From the NCBI RefSeq assembly GCF_009914755.1, contig NC_060925.1: DNA of 64,000 nt; one strand, written 5' to 3'. This stretch comes from the human T2T-CHM13v2.0 reference genome, Homo sapiens. The translations under genes were made by a program, and so were the position numbers. Every line of letters starts with the position of its first letter. Within the stretch, counting starts at the first letter, position 1. The notes under the pieces were generated by a model. That model was not told where the DNA came from and did no database searches. It saw nothing but the letters and a program-made list of their open reading frames with translations. Positions 30,199-45,552 of this stretch are shown piece after piece.

Positions 30199-32069
30199 CT
30201 TTGGTCTCCATATCTTAAACAGAAGGCCCAGTCTCAGTGACGAGGGATGTAATTAGTGCCAATAAATAGTGACTTGATTATTAATGTTACCTGTTTACGT
30301 TCACACTTGTTCTCATGGCAGAAAGGCTGGAGTTTTACATAGGAAGACCTGAGAACTAGTGTCTGCGCCTCCACTTACTAGTTGTGTTACCTTAGACAAA
30401 TCACCTCTTCTCTGTGTGCCTCCATTAGTTACCTATCAATAAAATGGAGCTGATGATCTCCATCACCTCACAGAGCTCATACTAAAACACCCCTACCAAA
30501 AAGTCATTTCTTCATTCATTCATTCTGTAAACATGCACGAAAGGGCTACTTTGTATTTGGTGCTGAGATAGAAAAGTGTGCCCAGCTCCTGCACTCAAGG
30601 GACCCATACTCTAGTGGATGAGACAGATAATAAAATATATATATATATATAATAAAATACAGTGTGACAGGAGCTGGCATCCTGAAAGAGGGGACAGCTG
30701 GTTTTGCCCCAGAAAGGGTGCATAAAGAAAGTAGCATCTGAGAGGGATTAGTGGGGAAGAGAATATCATGAAAAAAAAAAGGCATGGAATCATGTAGTTT
30801 TGTGGAACAGAGATACAAAATAAAATGAATCTTTCCTTCAAGTGACAGGTCTTTAGATATCTGACAAAGATATCATAGCCTATCCCCCATCCTTTCTCTG
30901 ACAACTTCTCTTAGGCAGGCTCAACATCCCCAGTTTCTTCAACCATTGCTCACCTGCATGGCTGTGAGTGTTCCCACGCCCTCTCTGGATACGGTCCCTT
31001 CTCTGTGTGTCCCAGTGGCAGGCCATACTCATATGTCTACATGTCACATATGTCACCACAACCAGTTCTTTAGCCAGAGCATAATTAAAACCTTATTTGA
31101 AAGCAGGTTATACTTTCCAAAATTCTAAGAGTCTATGAGTTTTACTGCAAATCAGAAGGCTCATCATCTATCTACCTAGTGACATATGGGCTTGTCTCAT
31201 GGGAAAAGTATGTGCGTGGTGAAAGCATGAAGCACAGAAATGAGAAAAGCGTACGTGCTCATGCAGGGATTCCATGGACCGCTGGTTTAGTGCTATTAGG
31301 GGGCAGTGAAACCCCAGCTCTAGAGGGTGTCTTATTAAAGCTCAAGGGATCCTGGTGAGATAGGTCTGGAACTCATATTTCAGGTGTAATGTCATAGCTC
31401 CCTTTGGTTCAAAAGTCTTAGAATTGGCTTTGATAGAACTGGGTGCTTTTCCATGATTGTGAATTAAAAGAAAAAGCAAAATGAACAGAAGACAAGTTCT
31501 CTTGAAAGAAAGCAACAGCCCTGCCACAGGATCTGGAGGCCCCGTTGCTGTCCTCAGTGATGCAGTGGGCATTTGGCCAGGTTGCAGAGTGCCACCACAT
31601 GCTGGGTGGCTGTTGCCGGCCCAGGGCTCTCTGACTTACAGGTATTCTCCCTCACTGTTGAGTATGGGACATTATTTGTGTTATTGCTGTCCCCTTAAAG
31701 TCTCATCTGTGAGTGAAGAGGGCCTGGTCCTTGAAAGACAGCTGGAGAAGACATCAGCACCAGTCCCTTACAGCTTCATTCACAGTGGCCACAGCCAGCA
31801 TCTTCCAAGGTAGCAGGAGGACACTCCAGGCCAGGACTTGCACAGGGCAGCGGCTGCCCTTACTCTCACACTCTTGGCCACCTTGTGCCTCTGCTCAGCC
31901 TAATGGCAGCACCATAGCTGCCTCCCTAGCCCATCAATTCAGGGGCCTGTCTTTGCTGCACAGTTTAAGGAGTTAAAGGGGAGAAGACAACTGGTTCTTA
32001 CCACCAAAAAATTAGAGCATTGGGCAGCAGTTCTCACACTTCAGTGTCCAAAGAAATACTTGAAATGAG

Positions 32070-32171
32070 TGTGACTGTCCTGGTTTATGCCAGTTGTCCC
32101 AGCATAACTATTAATAGTACCCCCATTCACTCAAGTGTCCCAGTTAGGCAATAAATTGAATAATCACCCTA
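32070..32171. mobile_element. MER81-like (hAT) fragment nested in a MER5-like element (~32028-32290)
   Basis: gtcctggtttatgccagttgtccc...tcacccta. Confidence 0.55.
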
Positions 32172-33067
32172 CTTAAAATGCACATTACCAGGATGCACCC
32201 ACAGGTGTCTTGGGATTCCCTGGAATCTGGATTTTAAACTAGCATCCTGGCATCTCTGTGGCATGCGGTGGATAGACACACTTTGAGAAATTCTGACAAT
32301 AACATGAAACTAGGCAAACCAAAAATCATTATAACAACACTAATTTTAAAAAGACAGTAATCCTCTGCTTTTGTGAGGGCTTATGTGGTGCTTTTTAATG
32401 TCTGGCTTTGATTTAACAAATGTGAGTATGCACTATGTTTGGAGTCCTTTGCTAGGTGCTCTGGGAGATACAGAGATAAAGAAGCTGGGTCCCTGCATCA
32501 GAGGAGTTTACATCTGGCAAGGCGCTCAGACAGATATTACATGGGAGTGAACCCTGGGTCATGAGGAAATGCTGAAGGGGAGGCATTTATGCAATCGTGT
32601 AACAGTGCAAGGGAGGAAGGGCATGAAGATAAGGAAATGGGAATTCAAAGAGGCTGAGTGACTTATCCAAAGTCCCACTGAGCCATGAATCTAATCTCGG
32701 CCTCCCAACTCCAAGGCCTGGGCTCCTTCCCACATACTCACCACAGAACTCTAACCACCACCACCTGCCAGCAGCAACCCCAGAGAGAAATATGCACACG
32801 ACAAACTCTTGGCAAGGTGGTAAGAAGGGGGATGGGAGAGGGCTATCAGAGTGACTAGAATTACTGAAAAGCAAGGATTAATCTAAAGAGGATTCCTAAA
32901 GAGGATAAAAAGCAATTTATGACACATCATTATAAAACAGCCGGGCATGATGGCTCATGCCTATAACCCCAGCTATTCAGGAGGCTGAGGCAAAGTGGAG
33001 GTATCTTTCTGATTCTGGTACATACTATCAAATCGCCCTCAAATCACCTCTGCCAGTTTACACTCAT

Positions 33068-33432
33068 CTGTGGCTTGAATGTGTCCCCCAAAAGTTCATG
33101 TGCTGGAAATTTAATTGCCGTTGTAACGGTTTTAAGAGGTAGGGTCTTTAAGAGGCCTTTAGGCCATGAGGGCTGTGCCTTTGTAAAGGGATTCATATTG
33201 TTATTGTGGGAATGGGCTCCTGATAAAAGGATAAATTGGCCTGCATTTTCACTTGCTCTCCCACACTCCCTTGCTCACTCACCTTCTGCCATCGGATGAC
33301 CCCCACCAGATGCTGGTGCCATGCTCTTGGACTCCCCCGTCTTCAGAACCATGAGCGAAATAAGCTTCTGTTCTACATAAATGACGTAGTCTCTTATATG
33401 CTGTTATAACAGCAGAAAATAGGCTAAGACAC
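33068..33432 (+). mobile_element. MST-family MaLR solo LTR
   Basis: tgtggcttgaatgtgtcccccaaaagttcatgtgctggaaa...aggctaagaca. Confidence 0.8.
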
Positions 33433-33885
33433 AGTCCCAGCAACAGTGCTAGTGCTATGGCCTTGACCACAGGCTGAATCGGGCTCAATAGCAGCTGGTT
33501 CCAGAGAGGCCACCAAATAGAAACATTCTGAAGAGTGTTTATCATTCGTGTTTCCCACCAAATCACTATCTCCTTTTGTCTTTTTCTAACCCCTCTCCCC
33601 AAGTTTGGCTTGGTTTTATGGAAATGAGTTCCTGCGTTGGCCATTCATAACTGATTTACATTTTATTATTCTTCCTTTCTCTGCCTATAGATCCTATGAC
33701 AGGAGTCTTTCTCTATTATTATTATTATTATTATTTTACAACTGTGTCTCCTTAGCCATTCCCTTCCTCTGTTACTTCCTTTCTATTCATCATCTTATTC
33801 TGTTGCCCTTGACTTTTCTGCAGTCACAGAACTCCCTGATATCTGACGAAAGCTATGTACCCCTTCTCCAGAGAAACATTCAATA

Positions 33886-33887
<2 letters not shown>

Positions 33888-33918
<31 letters not shown>
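33888..33918. repeat. (CA)n microsatellite
   Basis: Seen directly in the sequence. Confidence 0.95.
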
Positions 33919-33922
<4 letters not shown>

Positions 33923-34920
33923 TAAGGTTTGGGATGTACATCAATGCTAATCTATCTATTTCTTCTCAACTTTACCTAAATTGGCGTATTTCTATCTCTG
34001 AGAGTTACTGATACTTCCAACTGAATTCCTACTTTCTTTGGACAAGTCATTCTCATTTATAATTACAACTCACAAAAGAAAAAAAAAGTTACCCTGTGGG
34101 CTCCATCTCTTCAAGGTGTCACATTTAAAGAGACTCAAATCTGATGTCACATATTTTGAAAGCGATTAAAATGTTTATTGAAGATTTGGGGAAAATTCCA
34201 AATGGAGGAATTTCATTCATAACATATTGTTAAAACTTTAAAAAATCTTTTTCCCCATCTCCACCTCTCCCTCTATCTTGCACAGATGGCAGCTGCCCCC
34301 AAAGTCTCCTCCTCCTGCAGGTTCTCCAGGATGCTTCTCACACGCCTGTCATGCTGGCTCTTTGATATCTCCCCCTCTTCTCTCATTGTCTAAGTACATC
34401 CAGGTTGGCTACTCTGACCTTTCTAACATATAAACCCAAACAGCATGGTACCTCCCAACTTACCTTTTACCCCAAGTCTGCACAGCCCACAAGATGAGCT
34501 GGTGGACACCGTTTAGCAGAAAGCAGAAGAAGGGAAAGGCTGTAGACACTGTATCTTAACCTACTGTGTTTTTCTGTTACATAGAAGACTTGAGAAGTTG
34601 CCCTCTTGCTAACATTCCTAAACTGTTCTCTAGGACAGCAGGCTTACCTGGATCATCCATTCTGGAGTCTTCCCCCATGGGTTAGCCACCACATGCAGTT
34701 CTCACCCCTTTAGCTCACAGGCCTGTGTATGACACGGGGGCTCCTGCCCACTTTCACCTCCACTTCTGGGGAAGAGTGAGAAGCTGCAGTTTAGAATCAG
34801 CACATCCTGCCTCACCCCAGCTACAGGGTGCAAAGTGATAATGATTCAGCTCTCAGAGCCGTCGCAGGACTGCCCCCTGCAGAGAAGTCAGAGTGTGTTT
34901 CTCAGATAGAAATAAGATTT

Positions 34921-35390
<470 letters not shown>

Positions 35391-35702
35391 TTAGCCATTC
35401 TACAATGTGTACCTATATTAAAATGTCATGTTTTACATCATCTTTATCTATATATATATAATTTTTATCTGTGAATTAAAAAAATCTAAGCAGAGGTTGC
35501 TGTTTCCTTAGTTTTGCTCTCTCAGAATACTGATTCTAATAGTCAACAAGGCCAACTTCTAGAAGGTTTACTTGGACCTTCACAAAGACACCCAAAGAAT
35601 GAGTTGAGAATTACTAAACCCCTATGTGGAATAGGAACCATATGTGTTGATGTGCGGTTGACTTGAGCATGTGTGTGTATAACTATTAAGAATATAAGGC
35701 AT

Positions 35703-35985
35703 GGCCGGGCGCAGTGGCTCACACCTGTAATCTCAGCACTTTGGGAGACCGAGGCAGGTAGATTGTCTGAGCTCAGGAGTTTGAAACCAGCCTGGCTAAC
35801 ATGGCGAAACTCCGTCTCTACTAAAAATACAAAAACTAGCCAGGCATGGTGGCAGGTACCTGTAATCCCAGCTACTCGGGTGGCTGATACACAAGAAACG
35901 CTTGAGCCTGGGAAGTGGAGGTTGCAGTGAGCTGAGATCACGCCACTGTACTCCAGCCTGGGCCAGACTCCATCTCAAAAAAAAA
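35703..35985 (+). mobile_element. AluS
   Basis: TSD aagaatataaggcatg. Confidence 0.9.
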
Positions 35986-38900
35986 AGAATATAAGGCATG
36001 TGTTTAGATGTGAATGTTCCATTCCAGCTCTCTAAGTGAGGGTGGAAGTTCCCATCCGTGTGGCTGAGGGCATTGTTTTATTCTGATCCAGTGGGATCCT
36101 TCCTTTGCAGGCTCCACTGTGTCTCACACGGGGCTTGCCCCGTGGGGTTCCCCTGGTGTCTCCTCTTGTTTCAGGAGCTGCCTCTGGATGGCCCCTCCAG
36201 TGGCTTCAGTGCAGCCCTGCCACCACGCGCATACTCAGCAGGCCTACTGCCGCTTTCACCTTATCACCTGCCCCTGGGCTTTTCACAGTCCTCCTCGGGG
36301 CACTTTTGCCCATCTTAGAATATTTGTCTGATGTGATTGAGGATTCTGGATTTACCCTGACATGCTTTTTAAGGTCTCCTACCCCAGAAGCTGCCTTGTC
36401 CCACTCTAGACAAGCCTTAGTCTGGCCCAGTCAGATCCGACTGGCGGGATAAATAGGCCAGGCCCTCTGGGATGGAGGAAAGGAGAGGAGAGCAGCTCAA
36501 AAATGTTCCCCAAGCCTCCCTGCACGATGTGGGTGGACACAGCTTCCAAATCTCCCTGTTGCACTTGTGTATATCCTTCTGTGAGATTCATCTTGGACCT
36601 GGTCTAAAGTTTCTTTGGTATAATTTAATCAACCTAGTTCAATCCTGCCCCTCTTGGAAACCCCTTTGCAAGCCTCCCGCTTCCTGCCACCCTGAGTGTG
36701 AGGACTCTGGGCTCCATGGCCAGTCTTTACAGCTAGCTCCCTCTGGCCCTCTTGTCAGCCTAATGCAATGACCCTCCTTATCTCCATCTGCCTCAGAAAT
36801 CAAGCTCTCTGTCCCTTCAGTGGCCTGTGTTCTTACTGGATTTCTTCCAGTCTGCTGGAAGAAAGTGAAACAAGTGAAACAAGTGTTTCACTGCTGAAAG
36901 AAGTGAAACAAGCCCTATAGATGCTTCTGCCTTTCCTAGCAAGTCTGTTTAGCAGGCACTGAGCTGCAGGCCTGCTGCATAGGGAATCTCAGAACACCCT
37001 CTAAACAATCAAGGACAGATAGGGAGAAATCCAAGCCATAAAGTGCAACACAACAGACTTGTGAAATGTGAAGCCCTATCCCATGACACTGGGCTATGCC
37101 ATGGTGTCCTCATGCCTCCTGTGAATGGCCAACAATTCAGGCTGCTTTGGTAGGCCAGGAAAGAGCACTGACTCTGGGGTTAGAAGAGCCAGGGTGGCAT
37201 GGAGATGGGCCGCTCGGCACGTTCCGTGCATAGCAAGAACGACTCTGGTCATGGAAGAAGAGTGGCAGCAGGCTGTCCCGGAAATAGTCATGTGACTGTG
37301 GCCAAATCACTTGGCCTTCCTAAACTTAATATTTTCTGTAAAGTAAGAGAAATCAAAATCTGCCATGCCTAGGAGACAAACAAGATGAAGCATAGGAAAA
37401 CTCTCTAAACTGTTAATGAACATTGTTAGGAAAGGCAGAAACAAACAAAACCAAGTCCAATGTGAACCAAACCCTTAACAGGTTTACTGGCCTCAGCACT
37501 GGCCTCTCTGAAGCAGAGCAGACAGACCTGTGATCAGAACTTCAGGAGCTCCAGAGACTAGCATTGTCTGTATAAAATTGCCCACACTCGTGTAAAATGA
37601 CACATAACTAAGTCCCAATTGTGTCATATGGACTATAGGCAAAACTGAGGTTCTCAGGAAGAGAGGCCTGGAAGGATCAGAAAAGTCTGGGAGCTGGGGC
37701 AGGTGGAGCTTGAGGTGCTGTGTGACACTCTGCAGCAGAGACATGTGGACAGTGTGGGGGATGGTGGCAAGGAAGACTTCCAATAAACATGGCATGCTCT
37801 ATACACTAGTTCCTGCATTCGACAGGTATGTATTGAGCATCTACTATGTTCTAGGGCTAAAGATTCACTGGTGAGTAAGGCAGACATGAAACAGTGTGCT
37901 GTGGGGCTTTAGACCAAAGTCACAGCCCCTCCCCAGCCCAAGGGGCCCACAGCCAGGTTCTCAGGCTCTGCCAGTGCAGGGGTTCCGACACACCTGTGCT
38001 TACTCTTCTTCCATTATCAGCACAGTTTTTGCTGAAAAAAACATGCAGAGCAGCCTGTTTTGTGTCACCCGAATCAGGGAAGGGGTACGCTCAGCCTTGC
38101 CCTTGACAGGCATCCAGGATGTAGGCAGCACCTCTGAGACAGCCCTTGGCTGGGAGGAGCAGAGCACCTCTGTTTATCTGCAGCAAATATTTATTTGTAA
38201 CCCCAAGCACTGAACAAGCCTGATGGATATGCCTACTCTGGGGTGTCTGTGCACTCCAAGCCATGTTAGACCATGGTGGTCTGACAGAGACTGCAGAGTC
38301 ACCCCCAGGCCTTCCACAGGTGGACTGGACACTGGGGGTCCTGAAACCAGAGGACAGGCCATGTTTTCTCTCCGCGTCCCCTCCTGTGAGCTCCTTGAGG
38401 GGACTCTGCCTCTCATCTTGTGTCCCTGGTGCTGGGCTCCATGCCAGGCATTTTCCTTAGCGCTCAGTAAGTAGTAGATGAAGGATAAATGAGGGGAATA
38501 ACAGAGTTTCCACAAGGATGCTGAGACACAAAGGCCCAGCCAGACAAGGTCCAGTCAAGGTCATGATCAGGAGCCTGAGGTTCATGTTCTGTTCTGAGCA
38601 GCCCATCAAGGATGGAACGGAAGAGAAGAGGAATAACAAACTCATTTTCACATGCATTAGCTCAGGCATAACTCAAATATGAGCTGGGGTCACACGTTCT
38701 GCAGGATCTACATAGGACTTGCTCAAGCCCCCATTATAGGGCTCAGCGGAAACCCAAACTCTGTTCTGAGGACTGCTGTTCTCATGGTCACCCCTGGCTC
38801 CAAACTCCTCCCTCCACTGAATTCTTCTTGCTGTGAGTGTCTTCTGTATACTATGGATATGCACCCAGATAGGCACATCTGGATGTATATTGGATTGCCA

Positions 38901-41272
38901 CAGAGAAGAAAAATATCACTCACATTGAGGAGACACCAACACAAACACTTGGAATTAAATAAGACACCTCCCAATTCCTGGAAGCCTTGTGCAGTGCCTG
39001 ACTGCTGGGATTTTTAACTGGCAGGGAGACCCAGTGGAACCCCTGAGCCTCAGCTGGTTTTCAGGGCTCATCTCTCTTCCTCACCCCATCGTCCCTGATC
39101 TGACCACCACCCCATACCCACACAGCTCTCCAAGCCCCACTCCCAAACCTCAGCACAGCCAGACTCACCCAGGGATGAGTGAGCATGGAGACGTCTCTCC
39201 TGTGAGCAGCTCAGAGGGCTAACTGCAGGGACCCTGAGGCTCTTGGAACAACATCAGCCCTCTTTAGAAGGCAGTGTGATTTTAAAGATCACCCTCCCCC
39301 CATTTTCCCAGGTAATCCTCACCCTGTAGAGAAAGGTGTATTATTTATCTCCGTTTTGCAGATGAGCCTCAAGGAGATCATTAATTGTCCAAAGTCACCT
39401 AGGTAATAAGTGCAGAAAATAGGGTTTAAACTCAAGTCTTGGAACTCCTGGCCTAGTGCTTTTTCCACTGTGCACAACAGAGCACAGCAGGATGGAAGGC
39501 TCTGTGTGGGGACAGCACTCTGTGCAAAGCAACTTCCCCCTTAGACCTGGTCATTCCAGCATCCAGAATGTGCAGATACCAGGCAGGCGGCCGGAGTGGA
39601 GCTTAACAAAGACGCGTGATTCCAAGTCTGTGCCCCCAAATGGTCTAAACTGTAAAGGAGAAAGCAAAATATACCCACAGGATACCTGTGTATCAATAAA
39701 TGCCAATACCAGAGGACAAATAGGCCTTAGGAAGGCCAAACAAAAATGTGCAGCATTTAGTCAATCCTGGAAGGCTCCCTGGGGGAAGTGAAAGCCTCCT
39801 TTCTTTTCTCTTTTTGTTTGACTTGGACTTCAGATGCAGAAGACTAAGTTAACTATATTCTTCAGATCATAGCACAGTATCATGATCATTGGTCTGTGCA
39901 AGATCTGTCACATCTTATTGATGTTTATTCTCACTCTCACTTTCATTTACCTTCTTCCATAGGCAGCCATAATGTGTATTCATTTTTTGGTATGTGTTCT
40001 TGAACATGTGGATTGTGGATCTGTGTGCTTGTAGTTTAAATGCATGTGAGCAGAATTCTTATGCCTCTCATGCTTGGTTGTTTTGTTTTGTTTCGCTGTT
40101 TCTCTTAGCACTGTGCTAAGCTTTCTCCTTGTTGCTGTGTGTTGCAGTGCCACATCTGGTCCTCTGCTTTCAGCAGGTGCATATCCTCCGTGATAGCATC
40201 TACCTGAGTTTACGGGTCCACTCCTCAGTGATGATCACTGAGGTTGCCTCCAAGTCCCCGCCATCATAAACAGCCCAGCAACGGTAACAAACATCTTCAC
40301 ATGTGACACCTTATGGCTGTGTTAAGAAATTTCAGGGACATCAAACCAGGAGCAGAATTGCTGTTTCATGGGCCATGTGTGTACTTGCTATGACTAAGTG
40401 GTACCAGGTCACTCCCTCAGTGGCTGCCCCAGCTACACCCACCACCAGTGCTCCTGTATACCCACATCTGCACCAATGCTTGGCATTATCCTGCTCCTGA
40501 CTTTTGCCAATCCAAAGGTAAAAAGTGATAGCTCATTGTGGCTTCAGCTTGTATTTCTTGAATTAATAATGAGTTGGTGCATCTCTTTTTTGTGAGCCTT
40601 TAGGGTAAACCACCTGCCATTGCCTACTGTTATATTGGGGTTCTTGGGGGTCTTTTCTTGATGATTTGCAAGAGTCTTGTATCTCCTAGAGAGACCCCTT
40701 CTCAAACAGTGCACATCTCTTTGCTGCTGTAGTTACCCATCTAGGGTAAGAGAACCCATGTAGTCACCAGTTCTTCAAATCCTCATCCTGGGGGTCAGGA
40801 CTTTGTAATGGGCATATATACAATCAAAGTAAAGGGAACCCCTTCCCCATTTCCTTCTTCCAGCCTTGCCTGAGGATTGCCGTCCAGGAAGACAGGTAAC
40901 AGGGAAAAAAACTTCTTCTCTGGGACTGCTAACCTGCTGTGTCAATTTCATAAGTTAATAAATGATTAGAGAAGGCTTAATTGCATCAGAGAAATTGAGA
41001 TCAGCTGGTGCTTAGGCCCCACTCAATTAACTTGTGCTCCTAAGGGGGCTGAGCAAGGAGCAGGGGGCAGTCGATGGTTAATTACATGTGCTGGTGCCAG
41101 CCGCAGCTGGCGTTTCCTGCCAGCATTCATCCAGGCAGTGAGGCGAGGTGACCCTGTTTCAGTGAGGCTGAAGTCACTGAGAACAGGGAACCTTCAGATA
41201 CAGCAGAGACCCCTGGTATCGTGGGGAGTGAGAGACCCATTTCCCAGCACATTCTATCAGGGTGGCTTTTAG

Positions 41273-41622
<350 letters not shown>

Positions 41623-42227
41623 GGCCCCCCATTCTGACCACTTTATTGGCTCCATCCCCACCCAGGCTAATGCCACATGCCTTTGGTTCTTCTTAGGCTT
41701 CCCCCTCCTCCTGCCCCCTGGCCTGCTTGCCTCCAGGCCAGGCGGCAGGAGGAGGGGGAAGCCTAAGAAGAACCCAGAGCCACTCTTGTCTTGTCATGGG
41801 CACCAGATGATGCCACAGGCTCTGCAAGATCACTCCCCTCCCCTGCTGCCTCCAGATTGAAATTCTCCCAGAGAAGTTTCTTCTTGCATCATTTTCCAAA
41901 GGGCCAGATGGTAAGGCTCACATCTGCTAAGAATATAGATTCCTGGGCCCCACCCTGTAGATGCTGCTTCAGTAACTCTGGAGTCTCCATTTTTTAATAC
42001 ATGGCTCAGGTAATTGTTAACCTCAAGCCAGTTTGAGAAACCCTACTTCAGGGGACACCCTGGCTCCTGATGAAATAAATGCATATCTTCTGGAAGGAGA
42101 GACAATATCAAATGGAAGGGCTCTGTCCTGGGACCTCTACAATGCCATCTCTGCCTTGCTGTGTGTGTTAAACAAGTCATTTGTCCTGTTTGAACTTGGT
42201 TTCATCACCTGGAAAATGAAGATATTG

Positions 42228-42725
42228 TAAATCATTCTATCGTAAAGACACATGCACACATGTGCTCACTGCAGCACTGTTTACAATAGCAAAGACATGG
42301 AATCAACCTAAATGCTCATCAGTGACAGACTGGATAAAGAAAATGTGGTACATATACACCATGGAATACTATGCAGCCATAAAGAAGAACAAGATCTTGT
42401 CTTTTGCGGGAACATGGATGGAGCTGGAGGCCATTATTCTTAGCAAACTCACACAGGCACAGAAAGCCAAAGACCACATGTTCTCACATATAAGTGGGAG
42501 CTAAATGATGAGAACCCATGAACACAGAGAGGGAATAATGCATACTGGGGCCTAATTAAGGGTGGAGGGTGAGAGGAGGGAGGGGACAGAAAAAAATAAC
42601 TATTGGGCACTAGGCTTAATACCTGGGTGATGAAATAATCTGCACAACAAACCCCCATGACATGAGTTGACCTGTGTGACAAACCTGCACTTGTATCCCC
42701 AAACCTAAAATAAAAGTTTTTTAAA
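42228..42725 (+). mobile_element. L1PA/L1PB-class 3' end (ORF2 C-terminus remnant plus 3'UTR)
   Basis: ORF track gives TAALFTIAKTWNQPKC...WIKKMWYIYTMEYYAAIKK, the L1 ORF2p C-terminus. Confidence 0.92.
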
Positions 42726-42990
42726 AAGACACAGGAGTCCTTACATTTCCATGGATCATTTTTCTGTAAGTAACAAGCACTTTGTGTGATTTATGCTCAA
42801 AAAGCAACTTTAATTTTTTTTCTTCAAATGTCCCTTTACTTTAAAATGTATTCAGTGGGAGAAATCTTCCCCTGCCCCTAGAAAAAAAACTTGGCCCAAT
42901 CCCATTGCTTTTTCATCCAGTCTTCGGTGATAGCCTTATAGTTACTGTAAGTTATAGATACAGTCCACTCAGACATTAGAATGCATCATA

Positions 42991-43292
42991 GGCCGGGCAT
43001 GCTGGCTCACGCCTGTAATCCTAGTACTTTGGGAGGCTGAGGCAGGTGGGTCACCTGAGGTCAGGAGTTTGAGACCAGCCTGGACAACATGGTGAAACCC
43101 CATTTCTACTAAAAATACAAAAATTAGCCGGGGGTGGTGGCGGGCGCCTATAATCTGAGCTACTTGAGAGGCTGAGGCATCCTGCCTTAAAGCCAGCATT
43201 AATCGCTTTAACCTGGTGGGGCGGAGGTTGCAGTGAGCCGAGATTGTGCCACTTCACTCCAGCCTGCGCAACAGAGCAAAACTCCCAAAACT
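42991..43292 (+). mobile_element. AluS with internal 21-nt replacement
   Basis: Dimer; TSD gaatgcat(c/a)ata. Confidence 0.9.
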
Positions 43293-44576
43293 CCGTCTCA
43301 AAAAAAAAAAAAGGAATGCATAATAATCATGAGTAATGAAACGCTCTTACTCTGACCGCATTGTTTTTCTCCTTTCTTCCAGTTTCTCTCTGCTCAAGCT
43401 GGAAGCACCTGAGGTGGGCCCCCACACGTCCCTCTGCTGTCTACACCGCCCTGTTCTCTCTTCCCTACCACCCGCCCAGGAGCTGCTGTTTTACCACTGG
43501 CCGGGATCGAAATTCGGGGTTCTTACTGGTTAGAGAGCTTAGAGAAACTTAAAACTGGCTCCTGCTTTTGGAAATGTTTTTGTGGGCTCTCCTGGGGTTC
43601 CCTGCTGGGCTGGACCCCTCTCTTCCGAAGTTCCCTTCACCCACTCAAGCACTGCATCTCTCTTCCAGGAGTCTTTTGCAACCCCTTGCTCAGCCTCTGG
43701 GCATCTGGAGGCCGCCTGCAGCCTCTTCAGTTCAGGTCTTCTCCCTGTTGACACTTACACAATATTGACTCAAGACAGCCAGCCCCAGAGCTCTCCTCCC
43801 TTGGGATACATAGCTCAGCAACACCTCTCACCATGGAAATCTCCTCAGCAAACCTTCACCAAGTTATGGTCCTATATGTATTTTATAAAGTGGGTGAAAG
43901 CATCCACGGATCCTGAGACAGATGCTTTTACATTCCCATTGTACAGTCTGTGCACAGCCAGGGGCAGAGGGCCCTGCCCCAGGCTCACTTTCACCTTCTG
44001 ATTTCTATCCTTTGCCCTGTCAGAACTCGTGCAGCAAGAGCCCCACTGTGATACCCAGTCGCATTAAACTCTACATCACAGGTTAATGTGAATGAGAACA
44101 TCTTGGAGAAAAGAAAGCCTAAGTGCCCAGAATGTCCAAGGCAGGAGCTGGGAGAGTGTAGGAAGGCCTAGATCTAGGAGAGAGGTGATACGGGGACAGG
44201 GCTGTTCTGTCACGCAGTCACTCTGCCTCCTTCTCAGCTTTCCCCAGGGCTCTGCCCCTGAGAGCTGCTGGGCTCAGACAGCCCCAGTCCGTGAGGCATC
44301 ATGCTAATGTCTGTCCTTTGACCTCCAGTTTCTGGCCGAGGGTGAGAACCTGGAGGTGGTTAGCCCTGTCCCCTTGGGAAGGTGGCTCTGTGGATGTGGT
44401 TAATGGCTGGGTTTCCTCCCCAATACAAACATCCCCCACCCAGGGGGGGCCTTTCCTCTGAGCCAGGGCTGAGCATCACCCCTACAGGGCATCCCTCCTC
44501 TCCCTCCTTCTCTCAGTGTAGGGTCCAGACTCTTCCGAATAATGTTGAGTGGTTATTTAAAGATCAACACTGTCCT

Positions 44577-44859
<283 letters not shown>

Positions 44860-45552
44860 TCAACACTGTCCTGGGTTAGACTGATTGGTTAAATGAATAA
44901 ACAAATGAAACAATGTAAAGAGACCCCCAAAAATTAGCCTACCCTGGATTCCTGGATGTCTCGGGAGGGCCCTGCCTCCCCCTCCACCATCAGCGCAGCA
45001 GCCTGAACTTGCTCATCTGGCTGTCCAGTCACCATCTTTGGCCTGATAGAAGTCAGGATATTGGAGTAGGGGAAGGAAGTGTGCAGCCCGGGCACTGGGA
45101 AAAATAGGCCCGGGAAACCGTGGGAAAGGGGCTGGGAAAGAGGTATGTTAAGAGCAGGGTCAGTCATGCAGGCAACAAGGACACATCCACTGAGCACAGA
45201 TCCAGATCCTCCAGTGGAGCAGGAGAAAGCCAGCCGAGCGCCCTGCCCCACTCGCCGTCACCTCCCAGACATGTGCCCAGCATCCTGCCGCTGCCCTGGG
45301 CACAGGCTTCCAGCAGCAGCACAGAGGGAAGGAGACAAAGCTGGGATAGGTGTAACCTTACAGGTCTGTCCTCAGGTTCTTAGGCTGGGGCCTCGGAAAC
45401 CAAGGCAGCTGTGGAGGTTTACCTCAAGAAGCAAACCCCTGGAGAGACTTCCACTCTAGAAGCTGGGGTCACAACTGGGGGCCAGCAGGAGCCTGTCTGT
45501 CCTCAGCCTCCCTGTCCAGCTCTCATGAGCCTTTCCTTCTCTTCTCTGGCAG

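Noticed and set aside
42262-42504. ORF resembling a real protein domain
   Set aside because: It is the C-terminal remnant of L1 ORF2p in a 5'-truncated element.
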